From Actinomycetota bacterium (GTDB taxonomy: Bacteria; Actinomycetota; Acidimicrobiia; Acidimicrobiales; SZUA-35): a stretch of 64,000 bases of DNA. The stretch covers positions 16,078 through 80,077 of the forward strand of contig JBCCVL010000002.1 of the NCBI GenBank assembly GCA_039195375.1, written 5' to 3'. The notes beneath the pieces are model-generated. The model had not been told where the DNA came from, made no database searches, and was given only the letters and a program-made list of their open reading frames with translations. The translations under genes were made by a program, and so were the position numbers. Positions 23,162-31,451 of this stretch are shown here, piece by piece; positions within the stretch are counted from its first letter, which is position 1, and each line of letters opens with the position of its first letter.

Positions 23162-23533
23162 ATGAGCAACACGACCCCCGCCCCCGTCGGCTGGTTCGAG
23201 ATCGCCGGCACCGACCCGGCCAGGACCGAGGCCTTCTACGGCCAGCTGTTCAACTGGACCTTCAGCGACGGGCCCGTCGGCCCCGCCTACCGGATGGCCG
23301 ACGCCGGCGACGGGATCCCGGGCGCCGTCACCACCGCCCAGGCCGGCATGCCAACCAACTACGCCATGTTCTCGGTCATGGTCCCCAACGTCGAGGCTGC
23401 GTGCCGCCAGGCGGAGGAGCTCGGCGGCAAGGTCCTGGCCGGTCCCGAGGTCCTGCCGGACGGCCTCACGTTCGCCAACGTCACCGACCCGGACGGCAGC
23501 GTCGTCGGCGTGTTCACCCCGCCGGCCGGGTAG
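23162..23533 (+). CDS. VOC / glyoxalase-bleomycin resistance family protein
   Basis: VGWFEI, FYGQLFNW, LGGKVL, DPDGSVVGVF; AAGGAG SD before ATG 23162. Confidence 0.92.
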   Translation: MSNTTPAPVGWFEIAGTDPARTEAFYGQLFNWTFSDGPVGPAYRMADAGDGIPGAVTTAQAGMPTNYAMFSVMVPNVEAACRQAEELGGKVLAGPEVLPDGLTFANVTDPDGSVVGVFTPPAG

Positions 23534-23555
23534 CGGCCCCGACCACACCACCGAT

Positions 23556-23581
23556 GGCCCTCGCCCGACGGGGCGGGGGCC
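23556..23581. terminator. GC-rich hairpin between the convergent VOC and aspS genes
   Basis: ggccctcgccc-gacg-gggcgggggcc, an 11-bp stem with one G-U pair; no U-tract. Confidence 0.5.
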
Positions 23582-23617
23582 GGTCGGCGTGCCGGCATGC
23601 TTCGAGCGGGCGGCGGC

Positions 23618-25366
23618 TCAGTCGACGGGCGGAGGGAGGACCCGGACGCCGAGCTCACCCAGGGTCATCTCGTCGATCTCCGTCGGAGCCCCGGTCATCG
23701 GGTCGACCCCGGACTGCGGCTTCGGGAAGGCGATGATCTCGCGGATGTTGTCCTCGCCGGCCAGGATCGCCGTGAGCCGGTCGAGGCCGTAGGCGAAACC
23801 GCCGTGCGGTGGTGCCCCGTACTTGAACGGGTTGAGGAAGAAGCCGAAGCGCTGCTCCGCCTCATCGGCCCCGATCCCCATGAGGTCGAACACCCGCTGC
23901 TGCAGCGCCGGGTCGTGGATCCGGATGCTGCCGGAGCCGAGCTCCCAGCCGTTGAGCACGAGGTCGTAGGCCCAGGCCCGGACCGCCATCGGATCGCTCT
24001 CGAGCTTGTCGAGGTCCTCGGGATGGGGGTGGCAGAAGGCGTGGTGACCAGGCTTCGGGTTGCCGGTTGCGTCGTCGACCCCGACGAACAGCGGGAAGTC
24101 GACCACCCACAGGTATTCGTACGGGCCCTCGGACACCGGCGGTCGGCCCAGCCGGTTGCGCAGCTCGCCGAGCACCTCACACGTGGTGTGCCACTCATCC
24201 GCGATCAGGAGCAGCAGGTCGTCGACCTCGGCGTCGAGCCGGTCGATCAGGGCCTTCTGCTCGTCGTCGGAGAGGAACTTGGCGACGGGCGATTCGAGGG
24301 TCATGGCACCGGCGTCGCCGGCGGTGACCTTCATCCAGACCATGCCCTTCGCCCCGAACGACTTGGCGTCGTCGGTCAGGCCGTCGAGCTTGTTGCGCCC
24401 CCAGTCGGGGGCTGCGCCCTTGGCGTTGATCCCCTTGATCGACCCGGCCGTGGCGAAGGCCTTGAACCCGGTCGCGGCGAAGGCGTCGGTCAGCTCGACC
24501 AGCTCCATGGCGAAGCGCAGGTCGGGCTTGTCGGTGCCGAAGCGGTTCATGGCGTCGTGCCAGGTGATCCGGGGCACATCGGTCGGGCGGACCCCGGTGA
24601 CGGCCTCGGCCGCGTCGAGCACCGACACCTCGACGGCGTCGAGCACGTCGTCGACGGTCACGAAGCTCATCTCGAGGTCGAGCTGCATGAACTCGTACTG
24701 GCGATCGGCCCGCAGGTCCTCGTCTCGCATGCACCGGGCGATCTGGAAGTAGCGGTCGAGCCCGCCGACCATCAGCAGCTGCTTGTAGAGCTGCGGCGAT
24801 TGGGGCAGGGCGTAGAACGAGCCGGGTCGCTGCCGGGACGGCACGATGAACTCGCGGGCGCCCTCGGGCGTCGGCGGCATCAGCATCGGGGTCTCGACCT
24901 CGACGAAGTCCTGGGCGAGCATTGCGTTGCGGACCGCGGCGTTGACCTGCGACCGGATCCGCAGGTTGCGCTGCATCCGCTCCCGGCGAAGGTCGAGGTA
25001 GCGGTGGCGGAGGCGGACCATCTCGTCGACCTCGTCGGCCCGCTCGTCGAGCGGGAACGGCGGCGGCTCGGCCACCGACAGCACCACGACCGCGGCGTCG
25101 GTGATCTCGACCCGACCCGTCGCCAGGTTGTCGTTGACCGTGCCGTCGGGGCGCTCGGTCACCGTGCCGGTGATGCGGACCACGTACTCGCTACGGACGT
25201 CGACCGAGTTGTCGACGACGCACTGGATGATCCCCGAGTGGTCTCGGAGGTCGACGAAGGCAAGGTGCTGGCTGTGCTCCCGGCGCCGGTTGACCCAGCC
25301 GGTCACGGCGACCTGCTGGCCGACGTGCGACGGGTCGAGTTCGCCACAGAGATGGGTTCGCATCAT
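23618..25366 (-). CDS. aspS: Aspartate--tRNA ligase, probably non-discriminating (Asp/Asn)
   Basis: MRTHLCG, YALPQSPQLYKQ, GGFAYGLDR, IAFPK; His in RREH and Gly in RPDG match the non-discriminating determinants. Confidence 0.97.
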   Translation of the reverse strand: MMRTHLCGELDPSHVGQQVAVTGWVNRRREHSQHLAFVDLRDHSGIIQCVVDNSVDVRSEYVVRITGTVTERPDGTVNDNLATGRVEITDAAVVVLSVAEPPPFPLDERADEVDEMVRLRHRYLDLRRERMQRNLRIRSQVNAAVRNAMLAQDFVEVETPMLMPPTPEGAREFIVPSRQRPGSFYALPQSPQLYKQLLMVGGLDRYFQIARCMRDEDLRADRQYEFMQLDLEMSFVTVDDVLDAVEVSVLDAAEAVTGVRPTDVPRITWHDAMNRFGTDKPDLRFAMELVELTDAFAATGFKAFATAGSIKGINAKGAAPDWGRNKLDGLTDDAKSFGAKGMVWMKVTAGDAGAMTLESPVAKFLSDDEQKALIDRLDAEVDDLLLLIADEWHTTCEVLGELRNRLGRPPVSEGPYEYLWVVDFPLFVGVDDATGNPKPGHHAFCHPHPEDLDKLESDPMAVRAWAYDLVLNGWELGSGSIRIHDPALQQRVFDLMGIGADEAEQRFGFFLNPFKYGAPPHGGFAYGLDRLTAILAGEDNIREIIAFPKPQSGVDPMTGAPTEIDEMTLGELGVRVLPPPVD

Positions 25367-25450
25367 GATTCTGACTACCTGATCGGGGGTTGGGTGGGGT
25401 GGGCTCGGGTCGGCTGGGTTGAGACGCCGCGGCGTGCGCCGGCTGGGCGC

Positions 25451-26716
25451 TCAGTCGCCGGTCAGCAGCTCGGCGACCCGATTGACGACCTCGTTGCGGT
25501 CGACCGGCGCCTGCGTCGCGTCGCCCCGGAGCGGCCTCACGGAGACGGTACCGGCCGCCGCCTCGTCCTCCCCCACGATCAGGGCGATGGCCGCACCGGA
25601 CCGGTCGGCCCGCTTCATCTGGGCCTTCATCGAGCGGCCGTCGTAGGCCCGGTCGGCCCGGATCCCCGCCGAGCGCAACGATTCGACCAGCTCGAGACCC
25701 TCGGTCCCGGCGGTGGTGGCCACCACCCAGACGTCGACCGCCGGTTCGCCGTCGCCGAAGGCCCCGACCGCCTCGCAGGCCAGGACGGTGCGGTCGACCC
25801 CGAGAGCGAACCCGACGCCGGGCTCCTCGGGACCACCGAGAGCGGCCACGAGGCCGTCGTAGCGACCGCCGCCGCCGACTGCGTTCTGGGCTGCGTCGAG
25901 TGCGTCGGTGGTGAACTCGAAGGTGGTGCGGGTGTAGTAGTCGAGGCCGCGGACGAGCTTCGGCTCGACCACGTAGGGGATCCGGAGGGCGTCGAGCCCG
26001 GCCAGTACCCGCTCCCATGCCGCCGCGGCGTCGTCGGACAGGAAGTCGCCCAGCAGCGGAGCCGACGCCACGATGGCCTTGTCCTGCGGGCGCTTCGAGT
26101 CGAGGACCCGGAGCGGGTTGACCGCCATCGTGGTCCGCGACTGCTCCGAGAGATCGGCGGCGTTGGCCTCGAGGTAGGACCGGAGGGCGGTCAGGTAGGC
26201 GGGGCGCTCGGCCGCGTCGCCGAGGGTGTTGACCAGCAGCGTGAGGTCGGTGAGCCCGAGCCGCTGGTAGAACCGCCAGGCGAGGGCGATCAGCTCGGTG
26301 TCGACGTCGGGGTCGTTCGAGCCGATGACCTCGGCCCCGACCTGGTCGAACTGGCGGTAGCGGCCCTTCTGTGGCTTGTCGTAGCGAAAGTTCGGACCCG
26401 CGTACCACGTCTTCCACGGCGTGGTCGGCCGGTTCTGGGCGAAGGACCGGCAGACCGAGGCGGTGAACTCCGGGCGGAGGGCGATGTCGCGCCCGCCCTT
26501 GTCGGTGAACGTGTACAGCTCCTTGGCCACGACGTCGGACGCTTCGCCGAGACGGACGAACACCCCGACGTCTTCGAACATCGGCGTCACGATCTGCCCG
26601 AACCCGGCGTCCTCGGCCAGCTCGGCGAACGTCGACACGACGGTCCTGACCCGGCCGGAGGCCGGCTCGATGAGGTCGCGGGTACCGGGGAGCGTCTGGA
26701 AGTCGGATCGGGCCAT
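25451..26716 (-). CDS. hisS: Histidine--tRNA ligase
   Basis: LRPEFTA, GRYRQF, LVRGLDYY, GGGRYDGL. Confidence 0.98.
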   Translation of the reverse strand: MARSDFQTLPGTRDLIEPASGRVRTVVSTFAELAEDAGFGQIVTPMFEDVGVFVRLGEASDVVAKELYTFTDKGGRDIALRPEFTASVCRSFAQNRPTTPWKTWYAGPNFRYDKPQKGRYRQFDQVGAEVIGSNDPDVDTELIALAWRFYQRLGLTDLTLLVNTLGDAAERPAYLTALRSYLEANAADLSEQSRTTMAVNPLRVLDSKRPQDKAIVASAPLLGDFLSDDAAAAWERVLAGLDALRIPYVVEPKLVRGLDYYTRTTFEFTTDALDAAQNAVGGGGRYDGLVAALGGPEEPGVGFALGVDRTVLACEAVGAFGDGEPAVDVWVVATTAGTEGLELVESLRSAGIRADRAYDGRSMKAQMKRADRSGAAIALIVGEDEAAAGTVSVRPLRGDATQAPVDRNEVVNRVAELLTGD

Positions 26717-26770
26717 CGCCCGCCCGATCGTACTGGTCGCCGGACCGCCAGCCGCCCCGATTTCCGGTCG

Positions 26771-28234
26771 CTACCGGATCGACGGGGCCGCGTCGAGCGG
26801 CGGGAGGCCGACGGCCCAGGCCTGGTCGATGGCCCGCAGCCAGGTCACGAGGGTCGGGGCGCTCGGTGGTCCGACGGCGAGCCCCCGCACCTCGTCGATC
26901 CGGAGCATGGGCCCGCCGGGGCCCTGTCCCCAGACGACGCTCGCCAGCGACCGCTGGTCGTCCCCGTGCCCGACCGGTTCGAGCAGCGTCAGCCCCGAGC
27001 CGTCGCTGTCGGCGACCAGGCGGCCTCGTCGCTCGGCGTCCGGCGCCCGCTCGACGATGACGATCGACGTGGCCTGCCGGTCGCGGTCGAGCCGGTCGAC
27101 GAGCCACCGCTCGAACGCCGCCGGGTCGAGGTCGGCGAGGGCCCCGTCGATGACGGCGTGGTTGACGAGGTGCAGGCGGATCTCCGCCCCGCCGGCGGTC
27201 GGGTGCTGGTTCGGCAGGGCCGCGCCGAGGCGGGGATTGACCTCGGTGGCGACGAACCCGTCGGCGCCGAGCACGCCGTCGAGGGTGAACATGCCACGGA
27301 AGCCGACCCGCTCGGCCAGCACCTCGCCGACCCGTCTGGCTGCACCGACCATGGCCGACCGATCGGCCGGCGACGGATCCCAGTGGGTCGAGGCCCTGGC
27401 ATAGACGAACCGGCGGGCCGATCGATCCCGGAGCGTCATCATCTCACATGGGCGGAACGCTGCGATCCGGTCCGGGCCGACGACGAGCCCATGGATGCTG
27501 CAGGGAACCCCCTCGACGAACGGCAGGACCCGGACCCGGTCGTACGCCCCGAGCCGCTCGGCCAGGGCTGTGGCGTCGCGGTCGTCGGTGACCCAGTGGG
27601 TGCCCTCGCCGCCGCCGTGCTGGCCGGAGCGATCGTCGCCGGCCCACACCGTGCCGGACGGCGAGGCGAGTCGCCGGTGGGCGGCGAGGAGCCCGGCCCG
27701 ATCGTCGGCATCGACGATCTCGCGGGGCACGACGTCGAGCCCGGCCTCGGCCAGGACCGGTTCGATCCTGACCTTGTCCTCCAGGGCGACCCAGGGGGCC
27801 AGGCGGGGACCGAAGGTCGGTCGGCCGAGCATCGTCGCCGATCGCAGCAGGGGGCCACCGATGACGCGAGCGGCACCGGCCGGATCCCAGTCGTCGACGT
27901 CGGCCTGGACCAGCGGCGGCGGTTCGACCAGTGCCGCCTGGGCGGAATCGATCGCACCGCGGATCGTGGTTGCGGGCGGCAGGTCGATGGAGACCAGCGG
28001 CACGTCGGGGTCGAGGTCACCGACGCCTGGTCGGGCGCCGACGGCGAGCACCTCGGCGCCGTAGGCGTCCCGCAGGTGGGCGGCCAGCCCGACCGCGCCC
28101 TGGTCGACCTCGGCGGCGACGATCCAGGGGCGGCCCCCGTAGATCGCCAGGAGACGATCGACGAGCCAGCTCTCGTAGGCCGGGCCGGTTTCGCCTGTCT
28201 CGCCGGTCTCGGGATGGGGTGGGTCGCTGGCCAC
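26771..28234 (-). CDS. ATP-grasp-fold protein of unknown function
   Basis: LEDK...AGL, PFVEGVPCSIHG and FRGMFTLDG...TEVNPR (D...ExNxR signature); start moved to GTG 28234 after GGGAGG. Confidence 0.75.
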   Translation of the reverse strand: MASDPPHPETGETGETGPAYESWLVDRLLAIYGGRPWIVAAEVDQGAVGLAAHLRDAYGAEVLAVGARPGVGDLDPDVPLVSIDLPPATTIRGAIDSAQAALVEPPPLVQADVDDWDPAGAARVIGGPLLRSATMLGRPTFGPRLAPWVALEDKVRIEPVLAEAGLDVVPREIVDADDRAGLLAAHRRLASPSGTVWAGDDRSGQHGGGEGTHWVTDDRDATALAERLGAYDRVRVLPFVEGVPCSIHGLVVGPDRIAAFRPCEMMTLRDRSARRFVYARASTHWDPSPADRSAMVGAARRVGEVLAERVGFRGMFTLDGVLGADGFVATEVNPRLGAALPNQHPTAGGAEIRLHLVNHAVIDGALADLDPAAFERWLVDRLDRDRQATSIVIVERAPDAERRGRLVADSDGSGLTLLEPVGHGDDQRSLASVVWGQGPGGPMLRIDEVRGLAVGPPSAPTLVTWLRAIDQAWAVGLPPLDAAPSIR

Positions 28235-28283
28235 GGGCCCACCCTCCCACGCCCCGTCGACGAGGTTCGCGAATTCGGATCGC

Positions 28284-28928
28284 TCAGGCCGAGGCGTAGG
28301 TGGTGGCCAGCAAGCGGTCGTACATCGTGATCTCGTAGCCCTGGACCTCGACCTGGGTCGAGGCCAGGCGCCGGACCTTGTCGGCCGACGCCCAGGCACT
28401 GGCCACCGATGCCATCTCCACCCCGCCCTCGTGATGGGCCCGCATGAGCTCGAGCCAGAGCCGGCCCTTGGCCGCACCGTCGGCCGTGGACAGAGCCAGC
28501 AGCTCCTCGTCGGTGGCCAAGCCGGGCATGCCACCCCCGGCGAGATCGTCACGGCCGCAGAGGCCCATCCACGCCATGGCCGTGTCGGGCGGGGCCGTCG
28601 AGCGCCCCCAGTCGGCCAGCCACGCCCGCATCATCCCGACCTCGATCGACTGGTTCTGCAACACCTCGGCCGCCGCCGCCTGGACCGACGCCCCGGTGTC
28701 AGCGCCGACCACCCGCTGGCACAGCACGAGGGCCTGGCCGTGGTGGGTGGTCATGTCGGCCAGGAATCCGACGTCGACGTCGGTCGGCTCGGCGCTCGAT
28801 GCGGACCCGGTCGAGGCCGCGGACCGGCACCCGGTCACCGCAGCCACGCCGACGACGCCGACCGCGGCAAGCGACGACGCCAGCAGGCCCCGCCGCGTCA
28901 GCCGCACCGATCGTTCCGGATCGGCCAC
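28284..28928 (-). CDS. DUF305 (CopM-like) Tat lipoprotein
   Basis: TRRGLL twin-arginine motif, VTGC lipobox, paired MTTHH and MRAHH motifs, Q..E...M helices. Confidence 0.9.
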   Translation of the reverse strand: MADPERSVRLTRRGLLASSLAAVGVVGVAAVTGCRSAASTGSASSAEPTDVDVGFLADMTTHHGQALVLCQRVVGADTGASVQAAAAEVLQNQSIEVGMMRAWLADWGRSTAPPDTAMAWMGLCGRDDLAGGGMPGLATDEELLALSTADGAAKGRLWLELMRAHHEGGVEMASVASAWASADKVRRLASTQVEVQGYEITMYDRLLATTYASA

Positions 28929-28931
28929 CGC

Positions 28932-29975
28932 TCAGCCGTCGCCGCCGGGGCCCTGGCCGTCGCCGTCGGGCGGCGGACCCTGACCCTCGCCGCCGGGTCC
29001 GGTGCCGCCACCTCCGCCGGCGTCGGTCAGGTCGACCTCACCGACGAAGCAGCCGAGCACGTAGGGGAAGGCGTCGGTCGTGTAGTAGGCGTAGTTGCCG
29101 TCCTCGTCGATCCGGCCGTTGCACTCGTCGAGATCGCCGGATCCATCGACGTGGGTGTGAGCGGACCAGGTGTCGGTGGCGAACAGCGAGGCGTCGGTCA
29201 GCTCCCACGACGACTCGTACTGGTCGTTGCCGGTGTAGATGGGGAACCCGTCGAAGGCGTAGCCGAGCAGCTGTGGTCCGGACGCCACCTCCTCGGGCGA
29301 GAAGTCGCAGTCGGTCGTGTCGCTCGTGCCGAGCAGGTGCAGATGGAAGCCGGTCGGGCCGTTGTGGCTGCCGCATGCCATCAGGATCCCCTCGATCGAC
29401 TCGACGTCGCCTCCGGTGCCCTCGGTCGGGCCGTAGATCGGAACGCCGGCCAGGGTCACGCCGAGGGGTCCGACGAGTGGCACCGAGGTCGTCGCCGCGG
29501 CCGCCGCCGGATCCGCCGGGATCGTGAACGTGTAGTCCTGGGCGTCCGGCGGCCCGGGGCTCGTCTCGATGTAGGTGTAGTCCGGGATCCCGTTTGCGGT
29601 CACGATCACGCTCCCGCCCTCGCAGACGGCCGACGACTCGGGGTCGGGCAGGTCGGGGTTGGCACTCGGGCCGGCGACGAACGACGCAGCCACCTCCGCA
29701 CAGGAGGCACCGGACGACGCCGTCACCGTGGTGTCGTCGTCGGTCTCGGTCGTGCCGGACCCGTCGTTTTGGAGTGAGGCCGACCCGTCGTCGGCCCCGG
29801 TGGTGTCGGTGGCGTCGTCGTCGCTCCCGCAGGCGGCGGCGATCAGCGCCAGGGTGGCGGCAACCGCAGCGAGCCGGACGAACAGGGGTCGTGGTCGGCG
29901 GCCGGCGGCAACGGCCGAGTCGGCTGGGGGCGGGAGCATGGCGTCGGGATGGGGCCCGGTCATCGGAGCCGTCAC
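28932..29975 (-). CDS. YHYH-family lipoprotein, FHLH variant
   Basis: IAAAC lipobox; NGIPD, GVTLAGVPIY, CGSH...FHLH, GYAFDGFPIY, GDLDECNG, YAYYTT..FPY...C. Confidence 0.85.
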   Translation of the reverse strand: MTAPMTGPHPDAMLPPPADSAVAAGRRPRPLFVRLAAVAATLALIAAACGSDDDATDTTGADDGSASLQNDGSGTTETDDDTTVTASSGASCAEVAASFVAGPSANPDLPDPESSAVCEGGSVIVTANGIPDYTYIETSPGPPDAQDYTFTIPADPAAAAATTSVPLVGPLGVTLAGVPIYGPTEGTGGDVESIEGILMACGSHNGPTGFHLHLLGTSDTTDCDFSPEEVASGPQLLGYAFDGFPIYTGNDQYESSWELTDASLFATDTWSAHTHVDGSGDLDECNGRIDEDGNYAYYTTDAFPYVLGCFVGEVDLTDAGGGGGTGPGGEGQGPPPDGDGQGPGGDG

Positions 29976-31270
29976 CGCCCGGCCGGTGCGCCGCCCGGAG
30001 CCGGCAGCAGCGACATCAGCTCCTCGACGGTGACGCCGAGGGTGGCCGCAGCCTCGCTCAGGTCCTCGCCGGGACCGGGCAGGATGGCGAGGAGCTCGTC
30101 CTCGGACACCCCGAGGGTGGCGGCCGCCTCGCTCAGGTCGGGGGCACCGCCGCCCTGACCGGGACCACCCTGGCCGGGGGCTGCGCCCTCGTCGCCACCG
30201 CCGGCGGGCGGGCCGCCGACGCCGGCGCCGCTGACCTCGCCGTTCAGGCAGCGGGAGACGTAGGGGTAGGCGTCGGTGACGATGTAGGCGTACTGGCCGT
30301 CGATGGTGGTCCCGTTGCAGGCGTCGAGGTCGCCGGCGCCATCGGTGTAGACGAAGTCGTTGGTGTAGGTACCGTCCGGGCTGGTGCCGACCAGGTCGAA
30401 CTCGGCGTTGCCGGCCGGGCCGGAGGCGACACAGCCGGTGCCGGCCCGCTCACCGTCCGACAGGACGTAGCTCGACTCATAGGCGCCCGACTTCGAGTAG
30501 TACATCAGGTAGCCGTCGGCGGCGAAGCCGATGTGGACGAGATCCTGGTCGTCGTCGTAGGCGTCGACCAACAGCTCCGAGATCCCGTGGTAGTGGTACT
30601 CGCCGGTCGGCTGCACGTGGGCGTTGTTGAAGTCGAGGCCCAGGTCGTACAGCTCCTGGAGCGCCTCGATCCGGTAGGTCTCACCGGACGAGCAGGTGAC
30701 GGTCTCGGCCGTGCCCGGTTCGAACTTGACCCCGTTGACGGCGACGCCGGTGGTCCTGACCTCGGTGGCGGAGCCGGTGAAGGCGGCCTCGACCGGGAAC
30801 TCCCAGGTCAGGTCCTGGGCGGTGATGGCGTTGGGGTTGCCGGCGTTGGGGAACTCGCCGGTGTCGTGATCCGGCAACGCGTTGGTCTCGATCGTGCGGG
30901 TGCCGCCGTCGATCGTGACCGTGGTCATGGTGCCGAAGCCCTCGTCGACGAGGGTGTACTCGTCGACGTAGCCGGAGTCGGTCAGCGAGGCCACCGGCTC
31001 GGTGTCGGCCGCGGCGTCTCCGCCGGATGCGTCATCTTCGCCGGATGCGTCATCGTCGCCGGATGCGTCGGCATCGCCGGCGTCGTCCTGGTCGGCGTCT
31101 CCGGTCGAGTCGGCCTCGCCGCCGGTCTCGGTGTTGGCGGCCGCGGTCTCGCCGGAGCCGCCGGTGTCGGTGCTGTCGTCGCTCGATCCGCAGGCGGCGG
31201 CCACCAGCAGGATGGCGGCCAGGCAGGCGGCGAGCAGGGAACGTCGGGGGGTACGGTCGCGTGGCTTCAT
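29972..31270 (-). CDS. YHYH-family lipoprotein with C-terminal helical repeats
   Basis: PRRSLL...VAAAC signal; NALPDH, GVAVNGV, LDFNNAHVQPTGEYHYHG, GFAADG, GDLDACNG. Confidence 0.92.
   Translation of the reverse strand: MKPRDRTPRRSLLAACLAAILLVAAACGSSDDSTDTGGSGETAAANTETGGEADSTGDADQDDAGDADASGDDDASGEDDASGGDAAADTEPVASLTDSGYVDEYTLVDEGFGTMTTVTIDGGTRTIETNALPDHDTGEFPNAGNPNAITAQDLTWEFPVEAAFTGSATEVRTTGVAVNGVKFEPGTAETVTCSSGETYRIEALQELYDLGLDFNNAHVQPTGEYHYHGISELLVDAYDDDQDLVHIGFAADGYLMYYSKSGAYESSYVLSDGERAGTGCVASGPAGNAEFDLVGTSPDGTYTNDFVYTDGAGDLDACNGTTIDGQYAYIVTDAYPYVSRCLNGEVSGAGVGGPPAGGGDEGAAPGQGGPGQGGGAPDLSEAAATLGVSEDELLAILPGPGEDLSEAAATLGVTVEELMSLLPAPGGAPAGR
30002..30139 (-). repeat. Intragenic repeat, two copies with a 75-nt period
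   Basis: Encodes DLSEAAATLGVSEDELLAILP and DLSEAAATLGVTVEELMSLLP. Confidence 0.85.
31021..31074 (-). repeat. Intragenic 18-bp tandem repeat x3 (acidic linker)
   Basis: cgccggatgcgtcatctt / cgccggatgcgtcatcgt / cgccggatgcgtcggcat, encoding DASG-based units. Confidence 0.85.
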
Positions 31271-31293
31271 GGGGATCATCCTCGGCAACGCCG

Positions 31294-31337
31294 CTGAGCC
31301 CACCCTGTGAGAACGAGCACAGGTTCCTCACAGGTTC
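31294..31337. promoter_or_regulatory. Two oppositely oriented direct-repeat boxes with 11-bp phasing (OmpR/MprA-type)
   Basis: + strand CACAGGTTC-ct-CACAGGTTC (31318-31337); - strand TCACAG-N5-GCTCAG (31310-31294). Confidence 0.6.
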
Positions 31338-31451
31338 GACGGGCCGGCGGCGGATGGGCCCGAGCGGGCCCGGTCGGCGGAACCTGGTCAGTGTGGCCGA
31401 GCGCAGCGCTTCGGCCGCGGACCCGGGCCGCCGCTGGCGGGGCGGTGGCGC

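Noticed and set aside
25385-25418. G-quadruplex-like run GGGGGTTGGGTGGGGTGGG upstream of aspS
   Set aside because: It is the complement of an A/C-rich unstructured leader, also seen before pyrC (about 5540-5560); G-runs are common at this GC content.
23597-28330. 1577-aa + strand ORF and other long antisense ORFs (e.g. 17607-19655, 31620-33833, 48722-51145, 52766-54973)
   Set aside because: They mirror well-supported - strand genes and carry no recognisable motifs; stop-free antisense frames are expected at this GC content.
22109-31451. Genomic island or mobile element carrying the accessory genes
   Set aside because: No integrase, transposase, tRNA target or flanking direct repeat seen, and composition looks like the surrounding genes by eye.
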